Shown here piece by piece: positions 1 to 9,869 of a stretch of DNA of 64,000 nt. The translations under genes and the position numbers were made by a program. A model generated the notes under the pieces. That model did not search any database and was not told the DNA's origin. It saw only the letters and a program-made list of their open reading frames with translations. Position 1 is the first letter of the stretch; each line of letters starts with the position of its first letter. Source of the DNA: Deferribacterales bacterium Deferri_01 (GTDB lineage Bacteria; Chrysiogenota; Deferribacteres; Deferribacterales; Geovibrionaceae); NCBI GenBank assembly GCA_001603805.1, contig LUZY01000013.1, forward strand, positions 348,723 to 412,722, in the 5' to 3' direction.

Positions 1-197
1 ATGGCGACAAAGTCATCCGTCGCTCCTCTTGAAAAAATGTCAATAATTACAATTTCAGGGGTTATTTCCTTAATTGAAATCTGCATCTTTGCATTAACTG
101 ATTCAGATGCGAGGCAATTTAAGCCAAAATCAACTGCCATCGCCGCAATAGTTTCCCTATAGACGGTATTGGCACTGAATATTATAAAATTTTTCAT
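1..197 (-). CDS. Possible 5' part of an ORF running off the window start (N-terminus MKNFIIFSANTVYRETIAAMAVDFGLN...). Function unknown.
   Basis: Reverse-complement ATG at about 195-197 opens a reading frame with no stop before position 1. It is absent from the ORF track because it is incomplete. No recognisable motif. Confidence 0.2.
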   Translation of the reverse strand, partial: MKNFIIFSANTVYRETIAAMAVDFGLNCLASESVNAKMQISIKEITPEIVIIDIFSRGATDDFVA

Positions 198-451
198 ACC
201 CCACCAAAACATAAAATGCTTTTCTGCTTAAAAGATAGATGTATTCAAGATATGTGTAAATCCTCAAAAAACTGTATTTTAACATAATTTGTTAAAAAAC
301 AAGCAAAACAGCGTGTGTTTTAGTACGGATACAAAAAAATCAGGGTAAAGGATTGAAAGTAAATAATAAAAATTACCATTATGTGAACAATAAAAATTGT
401 TCAAAGGATGTGGATGCAAGTAATAAAGAGAAAAGAGAGTTAACTAGAAAT

Positions 452-1129
452 TCAAAGATAGTTCATTATATCATTCATCTCTATAACACTTGCCAGATTA
501 AAGTCTGCTGAACGTAGATCTTTAACTGCCTCATCAATTTTACTTTGTTCACCATTAACTCTGATTACGACGTCACGAATTTCGCCTTCTGTGTTTTTAA
601 TAAAAAAAGTCGCCAGACTGACAATATTCAACCCGTGACTATCTATAATTTTTGTCATTTCAGCCAATGCACCTTTTCTGTCCTCTAACACTATGGCTAT
701 CCTTGTACTCTGATGAGAGAAACCCATAGATTCCACAAATATATCAAAGAGATCTATTGCTGTAATAATTCCTGCAAGTTCGCCGGAATCATTAATAACA
801 GGTAAACCGCCGAAACGTTTATCACGAAGAATAAGGGCAGCTTTTTCAATGGGTGTTTCAGGATGCACTGTGATAACATTCACATTCATCGCATCTTTTA
901 CCAACGTTTTGGCAAGCAGACGCTTCATTTCGTAAATATCAAGAGAGCTTGCTTTGGATGGTGAATACTCTTTAATATCTTTTTCAGTGATAATGCCCAC
1001 AAGCTTATTATTCTCAACCACAGGAAGACGCCTTATGCCGTAGTCCTTCATTGTATGTTTTGCATCAAGTATTGTCTCATTCTGAGAAATTGTTATGACT
1101 TCTCTTCTCATCCAGTTTTTTACAAACAT
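452..1129 (-). CDS. CBS-pair + ACT domain protein (AcuB-like putative regulatory or ligand-binding protein)
   Basis: Tandem CBS motifs (GIRRLPVVENNKLVGIITEKDI and FGGLPVINDSGELAGIITAIDL) followed by a C-terminal ACT-like segment (IAIVLEDRKGALAEMTKIIDSHGLNIVSL). It is the last gene of the Liv-type operon. Confidence 0.8.
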   Translation of the reverse strand: MFVKNWMRREVITISQNETILDAKHTMKDYGIRRLPVVENNKLVGIITEKDIKEYSPSKASSLDIYEMKRLLAKTLVKDAMNVNVITVHPETPIEKAALILRDKRFGGLPVINDSGELAGIITAIDLFDIFVESMGFSHQSTRIAIVLEDRKGALAEMTKIIDSHGLNIVSLATFFIKNTEGEIRDVVIRVNGEQSKIDEAVKDLRSADFNLASVIEMNDIMNYL

Positions 1130-1138
1130 TTGTTGCTC

Positions 1139-2278
1139 CTACCTGCGGTTAAGCTGTTTTCTTATGTCATTAATACTGCTTACAGAAATAGTATCATCAA
1201 CTTTGATTTCAGGCAAACGCAATCCGAATGCATTATAAAATGCTGCTCCTATCATGTCGGTATCCCCACTGGAAACCGCAAGAGACATGGTATCTGAACC
1301 ATCGGAAAGATTGTAAATTTCCAGTCTGCCTGAAATTCTCTGCTCTTCACAAAACTTTTCAAACACCCAGAAGTGAATAAATACGCCTTTGAACTTAACA
1401 GAAGAATCTGTTCTGCCAAAAACTCCTGCCAGCCGCCCGTTTTCTATAAACGATAAGTCTCCGGTTGCAAGGCGGACAAAAGGGGTTGTCCCGCTCATAA
1501 AAGTTATAACTACCTCACCTGTCTCTCCTTCTGCTGCGGGTTTTCCATCAACCGGATCAAGTATTTCTATAAACAATGTATCTGTATCCGCCTTCATGCC
1601 CCGTTCACCTGCGGTTTCGTAAGCAATAAGACCAGCCTCTGCAGTGCCGTAAGCCTGATAAGCTTTTATGCCGTAGTCACTGAAAAGAGTGAGTTTATCA
1701 TCTTCTGTTAGCTTTTCCGCCATGAGAAAAGCTTTTTCAAGCCGACTGCTGCCACCCAGTTTTTCCAGACACTTAAAAAGAAAGGTCTTAGTACCGATAA
1801 AAGCATTTGCGTTTATCAAAAGGATTGCTTCAGCTCCTTTTTCACTGTCAGCCGGACCCAGAGGATACACGGCGCATCCGCATTTCTCACATGCCTCATC
1901 AGCCATATCTCCGGCCGGACTGCCGTGGTAGGAAAAAGCATTAACCGCAATGTCTCCCTCCATAAACCCTGCCGCTTCAAGAGCTTTATAAAACCTGTAA
2001 TGTTCGTATCTTTCGCCTTTAACATTATAAACAGGACCAGGAGAGGTGAATATTTTTGAAACATAGCCTCCTGCCAAAATAAGAGGAAGAAGAGTTCCGG
2101 CAGAGTGCATTTCAGAAAGTTTCTGTTTTGTGAGAGGAGTGATAAACTGAAAGGTTTCATAGTCTTTTATGAGAGAAGGCGATATTTCAGACCGCACAAA
2201 AGCGTCCTGAATCAGCGGATGAGCAGAGTTTTCTTTTATGAACTCCAGAACACGTTCAAAATCGCCTAGGAAAGCCAT
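1139..2278 (-). CDS. PaaK-like adenylate-forming enzyme (phenylacetate-CoA ligase / coenzyme F390 synthetase family)
   Basis: 379 aa with the PaaK-family layout: an adenylation core (YGTAEAG, GETGEVVITF) and a C-terminal swivel domain. It overlaps livF by 13 nt, which implies co-translation. Confidence 0.65.
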   Translation of the reverse strand: MAFLGDFERVLEFIKENSAHPLIQDAFVRSEISPSLIKDYETFQFITPLTKQKLSEMHSAGTLLPLILAGGYVSKIFTSPGPVYNVKGERYEHYRFYKALEAAGFMEGDIAVNAFSYHGSPAGDMADEACEKCGCAVYPLGPADSEKGAEAILLINANAFIGTKTFLFKCLEKLGGSSRLEKAFLMAEKLTEDDKLTLFSDYGIKAYQAYGTAEAGLIAYETAGERGMKADTDTLFIEILDPVDGKPAAEGETGEVVITFMSGTTPFVRLATGDLSFIENGRLAGVFGRTDSSVKFKGVFIHFWVFEKFCEEQRISGRLEIYNLSDGSDTMSLAVSSGDTDMIGAAFYNAFGLRLPEIKVDDTISVSSINDIRKQLNRR

Positions 2279-3048
2279 CTTTTCCTTCTCCTGTAATGTT
2301 TGACGTCCCTGAAGCTTTTCTTTTCAGACAGACCGAGGTAAAATTCCTTCACATCGTCATTAGCCTTCAGTTCCTCTGTGGTGCCGTCAAGAACCACACG
2401 GCCATTCTCCATAATGTAACCATAATGAGCAGCAGAGAGCGCCATATTTGCGTTCTGCTCCACCAAAAGAATCGTTGTGCCCTCTTCCCTGTTAAGAGTA
2501 GTGATAATGTTAAAAATCTCTTTTACAAGCAGCGGGGCAAGACCAAGGGAAGGCTCATCCATGAGAATAAGCTTCGGAGCAGCCATAATCGCCCGTCCGA
2601 TGGCAAGCATCTGCTGTTCGCCTCCGCTCATATATCCTGCAAGCTGGCTGCGCCTGTCTTTCAGCCGGGGAAAGTAATTATAAACACGCTCCATGGCAGT
2701 TGAAACGGTATTTCCCGGACGGGTGTAGGCGCCTGCTATGAGGTTTTCTTCAACAGTGAGATCTTTAAAGACTCTTCGTCCTTCCATAACCTGAAAAATG
2801 CCTGATTTCACTATGTCTGCGGCGTCTTTTTTATCTATCCGCTCGCCGTCAAACCAGATTTCCCCGTCAGTGATCTCACCGTCATCAGGGCGCAGAAGAC
2901 CGCTAACCGCCTTAAGAGTGGTGGTTTTGCCCGCACCGTTGGAGCCAAGCAGGGCGGCTATACTGCCCTGCTTCACCTCAAGGGAAAGCCCCTTCAATAC
3001 AAGAATCACATCATTGTAAACAACTTCGATGTTGTTGATTTTAAGCAT
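2266..3048 (-). CDS. livF: Branched-chain amino acid-type ABC transporter ATP-binding protein LivF
   Basis: Walker A GSNGAGKTT, signature YMSGGEQQML and Walker B LILMDEPSLGLAP. Its length and order in the Liv operon match LivF. Confidence 0.9.
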   Translation of the reverse strand: MLKINNIEVVYNDVILVLKGLSLEVKQGSIAALLGSNGAGKTTTLKAVSGLLRPDDGEITDGEIWFDGERIDKKDAADIVKSGIFQVMEGRRVFKDLTVEENLIAGAYTRPGNTVSTAMERVYNYFPRLKDRRSQLAGYMSGGEQQMLAIGRAIMAAPKLILMDEPSLGLAPLLVKEIFNIITTLNREEGTTILLVEQNANMALSAAHYGYIMENGRVVLDGTTEELKANDDVKEFYLGLSEKKSFRDVKHYRRRKRWLS

Positions 3049-4193
3049 TATTCCGCCGATATATAGTCTGTCATGGGAACAAGTTCACCGCCTTTAACCT
3101 GATACATCTTAAGGGCTCTGACGCCTTTATGGCTCGCCGGAGTGAATGTAACAGGTGCTGTGAGTCCCATAGTGCTGAAATCCTTCATGCTTTCGAGTGT
3201 TTTCTTGATATTCTCGCCGCTGTAATTGCCGTTTGACATTTTGAGGGCGTTCAGCAGAACATACATTGAAGAAAAGCCCTGAATATAGTTCACTTCTCTG
3301 TAGGTAACTTCTGGGTGATATTTCTTATTGAGCTCACGCAGAAACTTTATTCCCTCAACATCCGTATCAGTCCAGAGGGTAAAGGCATTTGTACCGATAA
3401 AGCCTTCGGAATCCGCCCCTGTCATCTCAACCAGCTTTTTGCCGAATGTCCAGTTAAGCCCGATGAACTTTGTGGGCACATTAAGCTTTTTCGCATCTTT
3501 GAGGATTGTGGAGGTCGCCATATATGTCTGCTGAATAAACGCATAACCGGGGTTTTTCTTAGTCATATTAAGAAGCTGGCTTGTTGCATCCAGAGCCTTG
3601 AGATCCACAACCTGATTATCTATAACCTTTATTCCCAGTTCCTTTGCGCTGTTTTCGCCGTCCGGAAAAAAGGGTGAGCGACCGAAGCTTGAATCATTGT
3701 AAATAAAAGCCACGTCAGTTTTACCGCCCTGACTTTTGATATATTTAAGAGCAGCACGCACCTGATCGGAGTATGTTGCACCGACTATGAAGTTATAAGG
3801 AGCTGTTTTAGGATCTGTCACATGCTCTGAATATGATGCCGAGAAATAAGGAATCTTGTCTTTAGTGACCATCTTAACAAGGTTTTCGGTATCACCAGTG
3901 CCCCAGCCGTGGACAGCCACAACTTTCTCACGCATAAACTTTTTATATGCACTCAAGGCAGCGGGGATTTTGTATCCGTAATCAACATAGAGTATCTCAA
4001 CCGGAGCGCCGTTTATCCCTCCGTTTTCATTAAACCAGCGTACACAGTCTTTAATCCCTTCGCCGTAGGGTTTCCCAACATCGCCCGTTCCGCCGGATTC
4101 ATCCACAAGAACCCCTATTTTCACAGGTTTGGCAGCAAATACCCCGCCGGTAAGCAGAGTAAGCACCATAAAAAGTAATATCAATTTCTTCAT
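3048..4193 (-). CDS. livK: Liv-family periplasmic substrate-binding protein (LivK/LivJ-like)
   Basis: N-terminal signal peptide (MKKLILLFMVLTLLTGGVFA), followed by a type-I periplasmic binding fold typical of Leu/Ile/Val-binding or aromatic-acid-binding proteins. Confidence 0.85.
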   Translation of the reverse strand: MKKLILLFMVLTLLTGGVFAAKPVKIGVLVDESGGTGDVGKPYGEGIKDCVRWFNENGGINGAPVEILYVDYGYKIPAALSAYKKFMREKVVAVHGWGTGDTENLVKMVTKDKIPYFSASYSEHVTDPKTAPYNFIVGATYSDQVRAALKYIKSQGGKTDVAFIYNDSSFGRSPFFPDGENSAKELGIKVIDNQVVDLKALDATSQLLNMTKKNPGYAFIQQTYMATSTILKDAKKLNVPTKFIGLNWTFGKKLVEMTGADSEGFIGTNAFTLWTDTDVEGIKFLRELNKKYHPEVTYREVNYIQGFSSMYVLLNALKMSNGNYSGENIKKTLESMKDFSTMGLTAPVTFTPASHKGVRALKMYQVKGGELVPMTDYISAE

Positions 4194-4212
4194 AAATCTT
4201 CCTCCTTACAAA

Positions 4213-5265
4213 TCAGTATGAAAACGGCCACAGTTTCCAGTATGCCTTTATCAGTCTCCATCTTCTCACCATTCCTTCCGGCTCAAACATCAGAAAAAGA
4301 ATTATCACAAGCCCGAAAACACCCTCTTTTATTGAGCCTATAATCTGAGTCAGATTGGGGTAATATCCCCCTGCCCAGTCGGAAAAGCTTTGCAGAACCT
4401 CCGGCAGAATTACTATGAAAACTGCGCCGAATATACTGCCCAGAATGCTCCCCAGACCGCCTATGATAATCATCGAGAGATACTGTATAGAAACGCCTAT
4501 GGTAAAGTTCTCAGGCGTGATTATTGTTGTGTAGTATGCCCAGAGCGACCCTGCAACACCAGCGTAGAATGAACTGACGGCAAAAGCGGTGAGCTTATAG
4601 CGAAAAAGGTTTATCCCCATAGCTTCTGCTGCTATGTAGTTGTCACGAATGGAGAGGAAGGCCCTTCCTGCTCTGGTGCGCATCATGTTTACTCCGGCGA
4701 GGGTCATTACCAGACAAATGGCAAGAGCCAGAAAATAGAATGAAAAATCGCTGTCAATCTCATATCCCGCCAGACTTGCGTAATCTATGGAAAGCCCTGT
4801 GACTCCGCCTGTGATAAACTCAAGTCTTACGAAGCCGAATTCAATTATAAACTGCGCCGCAAGTGTGGCTATGGAGAGATAAAGCCCCTTAAGCCTTAAT
4901 GACGGTATTCCGAAGAATGCTCCGAAAACAGCAGTAATCAGCCCTGCCGCCGGTATGGCTATGAAAAAAGGAAGCCCGTAAGTGAGAGAAAGATAGCCTG
5001 CGGCATAAGCCCCCACTCCCATGAAAGCACCCTGCCCAAGGGATATAAGCCCTGTGAAGCCTGTGAGTATATTAAGCCCCACAGCACCTATTACGGCTAT
5101 GAATATAAGATTCATAACGTAGAGATAATAGTCTCCGAGGAAAAACGGCACAGAGAAAAGAGCCGCAATAAAGGCGTATATAAGGATTTTGGAAAAAGTT
5201 GTCTGAAAAAGCTCCGCATCCTTTTCGTAGGAGGTTTTGAAGTTGCCGCAATTGACGTAGCTCAT
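4213..5265 (-). CDS. livM: Liv-family ABC permease LivM
   Basis: 350 aa, polytopic and hydrophobic. Its position and size match LivM, and a 4-nt overlap with livH indicates translational coupling. Confidence 0.85.
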   Translation of the reverse strand: MSYVNCGNFKTSYEKDAELFQTTFSKILIYAFIAALFSVPFFLGDYYLYVMNLIFIAVIGAVGLNILTGFTGLISLGQGAFMGVGAYAAGYLSLTYGLPFFIAIPAAGLITAVFGAFFGIPSLRLKGLYLSIATLAAQFIIEFGFVRLEFITGGVTGLSIDYASLAGYEIDSDFSFYFLALAICLVMTLAGVNMMRTRAGRAFLSIRDNYIAAEAMGINLFRYKLTAFAVSSFYAGVAGSLWAYYTTIITPENFTIGVSIQYLSMIIIGGLGSILGSIFGAVFIVILPEVLQSFSDWAGGYYPNLTQIIGSIKEGVFGLVIILFLMFEPEGMVRRWRLIKAYWKLWPFSY

Positions 5266-6146
5266 ACCTTCTCCACCGCCTTAGTGCCGAAAAGACCGTA
5301 AGGCTTAATCATAAGCACTGCGATCATAACCACATAAGGGAAAATCTCCTTCGCTCCGCCGCCTATGAGCGGATCAATGTATCCTCCGGCGAGGTTTTCC
5401 AATATACCTATTATCAGCCCGCCCACTATTGCGCCGACTATGCTGTCCAGTCCGCCGAGAATAACCACGGGAAATACCTTCAGCCCGAAGTGCGAAAGAG
5501 TGGTGTTGATTCCGTTGATGTTGCCGAGGAATATTCCGCCTACGGCAGAAACAACAGCCGCTATGCCCCATGACAGAGCAAAGATTTTTTTAACGTCAAT
5601 CCCCATGGAAAGAGCCGCCTGCTGATCACTCGCCACGGCTCGCATTGCAACCCCGACCTTTGATTTCTTGAAAAACAGAGAAAAAAGCACAAGAAACACC
5701 GCAACAGCCGCTATGGAGTATATATAAACCCTGCTTATGCTCAAACCTGCTATCATAAAAGGTTCGGATGAAAATACCTGCGGATATGTCCTTGTGTCAG
5801 TTCCCCAGAATATCTGAACAACAGCCTTCATTACGGATGAGAGACCTATTGTCAGCATTATTATTGAAATTATGGGTTCGCCTATCATCCTGCGGAGGAA
5901 CACCTTTTCTATAAAAAAGCCCATTGTGAATGAGAAAACAAGAGTGATAAGGAACGAAGCCCAGAACGGAACATTATAGCTAACTGTAAGATGCAGACAG
6001 ATGTACGCACCCACCATAAGAAGCTCACCCTGAGCAAAGTTTACTACATCAGTCGCCTTGTAAATCAGCGTGAAGCCGAGTGCCAGAAGAGCATAAATGC
6101 TCCCTATTACTGTTCCGGTTATTATGAGCTGAACAAAAAATTCCAT
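5262..6146 (-). CDS. livH: Liv-family ABC permease LivH
   Basis: 294 aa polytopic membrane protein showing the LivH-type permease pattern, followed immediately by livM. Confidence 0.85.
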   Translation of the reverse strand: MEFFVQLIITGTVIGSIYALLALGFTLIYKATDVVNFAQGELLMVGAYICLHLTVSYNVPFWASFLITLVFSFTMGFFIEKVFLRRMIGEPIISIIMLTIGLSSVMKAVVQIFWGTDTRTYPQVFSSEPFMIAGLSISRVYIYSIAAVAVFLVLFSLFFKKSKVGVAMRAVASDQQAALSMGIDVKKIFALSWGIAAVVSAVGGIFLGNINGINTTLSHFGLKVFPVVILGGLDSIVGAIVGGLIIGILENLAGGYIDPLIGGGAKEIFPYVVMIAVLMIKPYGLFGTKAVEKV

Positions 6147-6149
6147 TCC

Positions 6150-8048
6150 TTAACTCTCCATCAGGTAAAGGCGCATATCAGTTTCGATTGTCCTTTCCCT
6201 GCCGTCCTGAAGCTTAATAATAGCTTTTATATGAACAGACTCCGTATCCTCGTACAAAGCCCTTGTGATTTCGCCGTATTTCTCTTCTATGAAGCTTCTG
6301 CGCACCTTACGGGTTCTGGTAAGCTCACCGTCGTCTGCATCAAGCTCCTTATAAAGAAGAACAAACTTCCTTACCCTCATTTCCGGAGGAAGCTGTTCGT
6401 TTACCGCTTTCAGCTCTTCTGCCACAAGACCATAAACCTCGTCCTTTGCGGAAAGATCGGTGTAAGTGGTGTAGGCTGTCTTGTTGTTCTCCGCCCATTT
6501 GCCCACTATGCCCATATCGATATTGAGGATAAGAGTTATGTAGTCCCGCCTGTCACCGAGAGTTACCGCTTCTTTAATATACGGGCTGAACTTGATCTTG
6601 TTCTCTATAAACTGGGGTGAAAATCTTGTACCGTCTTTCAGGTGCATGAGATCTTTCATACGGTCGATAACAACAAGCTTGCCGTTTTCATCAAAATATC
6701 CTGCATCGCCGGAATAGAGCCAGCCGTCCTTGAGGGATTCATCTGTTGCCTCGCTGTTGCCGTAATATCCGGCAAATACCGCATCACTTCGGGAAATGAT
6801 CTCCCCGTCTTCAGTTATGCGTATCTCTGTCCCAGCTATGGGCGCACCAACGGAGGTAAAGTCCACATCGTCACTTCTGTGTATGCAGGAAATACCTGAA
6901 ATCTCAGTCTGTCCGTATATCTGCTTGAGGTTAATGCCTAAAGCGTGGAAGAACCTGAAGGTATCCGGTCCAAGGGCCGCACCGCCTGTCATGGCACTTC
7001 TGAGGTTGCTGAACCCCATACGTTCTTTCAGCTTGCGGAAAAGCACCTGATAGGCAAAAGCGTAACGGAGCTTAAGCGCAAGAGACGGCTTTTTCTTGCT
7101 GAATTTTGCGTCTGCGTATTCATAGCCTACGGGAAGCATTTTATTATAAATAAACCGCTTGAACGGGGTCGCATCCATGATTTTGACCTGCACAGTGGAC
7201 GCCATATTCTCCCATACTCTTGGGGGAGAGAAGACAAAATCAGGTCCTATTTCCTTCATATCCGCCTGAACCGTGTCAGTGCTTTCAGGAAAATTGACAG
7301 TGAAACAGAAGCGTAATGCGCTGACAACACACATCATCTGCTCCCCTATCCACGGAAGAGGCAGAAACGACACAAACTCGTCTCTGTCATTCTTAGGGTC
7401 AGCTTCTGCGAGACTTTCCGCCATGAAGATAAGGTTTTTATGAGTAAGCATTGCAAGTTTAGGGTGTCCGGTTGTTCCGGAAGTTGTACACATCACAGCC
7501 ACATCGTTTTCCGATACGCTTTTGAGCCGCCCTTCCATATATCTTTTCACCCATTCGCTCCCCACCTTTTCACGGGCAAGAATATCTTTAAAATATATCA
7601 GCTTCGGGTCGTCATACTGATACATCCCTTTATCATCATAATAGATTATCTTCTTAATTGCCGGCAGTTCGGGCAGAAGCTCCAGAATTTTATCCGCCTG
7701 CTCCTGATCTTCTGCTATAACCAGAGACGTGCCGGAGGTCTGCAACAGATATTTTACCTCTTCTGTTACAGAGTCCTGATATATGCCGAAAGGTACAGCT
7801 CCCACAAGCTGTGCAGCAAGCTCGGCATAAACCCATTCGGGTTTATTGTCGCCGATTATCGCCACCCTGTCCTCCGGCTTGATTCCGATATGCTCAAAGT
7901 AAAGGGCAATTTTCACCACATTTCCGGCATAGCTTTTCCAGTCGGATTCCTGCCAGATACCGTAGTCCTTCTCACGGACAGCAGTTTTATCCGGCGTTTC
8001 CATGAAGTTTTTATAGAGATAAAAAGGGAGAGTTCTGTCTAATACCAT
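6150..8048 (-). CDS. AMP-dependent acyl-CoA synthetase (long-chain-fatty-acid-CoA ligase-like) embedded in the ABC operon
   Basis: AMP-binding signature TSGTTGHPK, 632 aa. It overlaps livG by 10 nt. Confidence 0.8.
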   Translation of the reverse strand: MVLDRTLPFYLYKNFMETPDKTAVREKDYGIWQESDWKSYAGNVVKIALYFEHIGIKPEDRVAIIGDNKPEWVYAELAAQLVGAVPFGIYQDSVTEEVKYLLQTSGTSLVIAEDQEQADKILELLPELPAIKKIIYYDDKGMYQYDDPKLIYFKDILAREKVGSEWVKRYMEGRLKSVSENDVAVMCTTSGTTGHPKLAMLTHKNLIFMAESLAEADPKNDRDEFVSFLPLPWIGEQMMCVVSALRFCFTVNFPESTDTVQADMKEIGPDFVFSPPRVWENMASTVQVKIMDATPFKRFIYNKMLPVGYEYADAKFSKKKPSLALKLRYAFAYQVLFRKLKERMGFSNLRSAMTGGAALGPDTFRFFHALGINLKQIYGQTEISGISCIHRSDDVDFTSVGAPIAGTEIRITEDGEIISRSDAVFAGYYGNSEATDESLKDGWLYSGDAGYFDENGKLVVIDRMKDLMHLKDGTRFSPQFIENKIKFSPYIKEAVTLGDRRDYITLILNIDMGIVGKWAENNKTAYTTYTDLSAKDEVYGLVAEELKAVNEQLPPEMRVRKFVLLYKELDADDGELTRTRKVRRSFIEEKYGEITRALYEDTESVHIKAIIKLQDGRERTIETDMRLYLMES

Positions 8049-8821
8049 TGCTCCTCCCCAAGATAAGCAGCTATTACGTCAGGATGCGATGAAATCTCAT
8101 CCGGTGTGCCTTCTCTGCATATTTTCTCACCGAAATTAACCGCAACAACCCTTGAGGATATATCCATAACAACCTTCATATCATGCTCGATGAGAATGAT
8201 CGTCACTCCCGCCTCTTCATTGATGTCGATTATAAACCTTGCCATGTCCTCTGTTTCTTCGCTGTTCATCCCTGCCATAGGTTCATCCAGCAGAAGAAGC
8301 CGAGGCTCAAGGCAGAGCGCCCTCGCCAGCTCCACACGCTTCTGCAAGCCGTAGGACAGCTCAAAAACATGCTTCTTGCGTATATGGGTAAGCCGCAGGA
8401 AATCTATAACTTTCTCCACACGCTTGCGGTGTTCAATCTCCTCTCTCCTTGCTTTTCCGAAGTACAGCATGGATGAGAGAAGACCGTATTTTATGAAAAT
8501 GTGCCTTGAAAGCATTAGATTATCGAGAACTGTCATCCCCTTGAAGAGTTCAAGGTTCTGAAATGTGCGCACTATGCCCATCTGCGGGCGTTTATGTACC
8601 GGAGTGGCTGTTATATCTGTTCCGTCATAGATTATTCTACCCTTAGTGGGCGGATAAATACCTGTGATTGTATTAAGGATGCTTGTTTTACCTGCTCCGT
8701 TGGGTCCGATTATTGAGAATATTTCACCCTCGTAAACCTGAAAGCGTACTCCGGCTATTGCCTGTATTCCGCCGAAACTGAGATAAATATTGTCAAAGTT
8801 CAATAAAGGCTTTTTTTCCAT
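8039..8821 (-). CDS. livG: Branched-chain amino acid-type ABC transporter ATP-binding protein LivG
   Basis: Walker A GPNGAGKTS, signature LSYGLQKRVELARAL and Walker B LLLLDEPMAGMN. It is the first gene of the operon, with an AT-rich promoter region upstream at 8822-9014. Confidence 0.9.
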   Translation of the reverse strand: MEKKPLLNFDNIYLSFGGIQAIAGVRFQVYEGEIFSIIGPNGAGKTSILNTITGIYPPTKGRIIYDGTDITATPVHKRPQMGIVRTFQNLELFKGMTVLDNLMLSRHIFIKYGLLSSMLYFGKARREEIEHRKRVEKVIDFLRLTHIRKKHVFELSYGLQKRVELARALCLEPRLLLLDEPMAGMNSEETEDMARFIIDINEEAGVTIILIEHDMKVVMDISSRVVAVNFGEKICREGTPDEISSHPDVIAAYLGEEQWY

Positions 8822-9014
8822 ATACTTCCTTGCTTCTGCATCTCTTGGTCAGCCGCTCAAATAAACTCTGGCAGAAATTTAACACGGTGTTCTGCTCAAG
8901 TCAAAGTAATTTTAGCCATATTAAAATTTATTACGGCACACTTAACACGATGGCTGAAATAAATAAATTATAGCTGAACAGACGATTGATGAATCAAACG
9001 AAGCTATTCTTTTT

Positions 9015-9776
9015 TCAGCATTTTATCATCTCAAGCATATCCTCATGGATGAGCCCGTTTGAAGCCATGATGAAGTCACCGGTTATACGGTGCTTTCCGC
9101 CGTTCAGAGCAGTTACTTTTCCGCCGGCTTCCTGCACTATGCAGATACCGCCCGCCACATCCCACGGCTTTAGGTTAAATTCGTAATAGCAGTCGAAAGT
9201 TCCTTTTGCAGTATAACATAAATCAAGCGCCGCAGAGCCTGCCCTGCGTATTCCTCTGGTTCCGCTTAAAACTCTGCCAAGCATGGAAAGAACGTCCGGG
9301 CATTTTCGTTCAACAATTGAGTAAGGGAAACCTGTGGCAATGAGAGATTTTTTTGTTTCTGATGTTTCAGAGACCTTGATCCTTTCGTTATTTAAAAATG
9401 CCCCTGCCCCTTTTTCGGCGCAAAACATTTCATCAAGCACAGGGTTGTAAACAAGCCCTCTCACAGCCTCACCGTTTTCATAAAAACCAATGGAAATTGC
9501 CGTAAAAGGAAAGGCGTGGACAAAGTTAGTAGTGCCGTCTATGGGGTCTATATATATCGCTTTTTCCGGTTCTTCCTTCCCTGTGGCTGATTCCTCGCCT
9601 ATTATAGTGTGGGAAGGAAAAAGGGGGGCGAGCTTCTTTTTGAGAAAATTTTCAACTGCGACATCATATTCAGTCACCAGATCTATGCTTCCTTTATATT
9701 TCACTTCTTTATTCTTTTTAAAACCGTCTTTTATAATCTCACCCGCTTCGAGAGCGGCTTTTATCAAAGCTTCCAT
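9015..9776 (-). CDS. suhB: Inositol monophosphatase family protein (SuhB/ImpA)
   Basis: IMPase motifs DPIDGT and WDVAGG are present. The start was moved to the internal ATG (MEALIKAALEAGE...), which is preceded by a GGAGGAG ribosome-binding site. The track ORF begins 15 codons upstream with no RBS. Confidence 0.85.
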   Translation of the reverse strand: MEALIKAALEAGEIIKDGFKKNKEVKYKGSIDLVTEYDVAVENFLKKKLAPLFPSHTIIGEESATGKEEPEKAIYIDPIDGTTNFVHAFPFTAISIGFYENGEAVRGLVYNPVLDEMFCAEKGAGAFLNNERIKVSETSETKKSLIATGFPYSIVERKCPDVLSMLGRVLSGTRGIRRAGSAALDLCYTAKGTFDCYYEFNLKPWDVAGGICIVQEAGGKVTALNGGKHRITGDFIMASNGLIHEDMLEMIKC

Positions 9777-9869
9777 TACTCCTCCGGAAAATTTTAATAA
9801 TTTAACACTTGCAGAAATCAAACCTTTCCGCTAATTTTTCAAATCTGTTATTTACGGGGGATTATTACC

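Noticed and set aside
5991-6620. Long antisense ORFs inside annotated genes (e.g. 5991-6620 (+), 23716-24660 (+), 43513-44098 (-), 36897-37559 (+))
   Set aside because: They lie entirely within, and antisense to, well-supported genes (acyl-CoA synthetase, adenylate cyclase, clpB, CoA-transferase). They have low-complexity translations and no RBS, so they are shadow ORFs.
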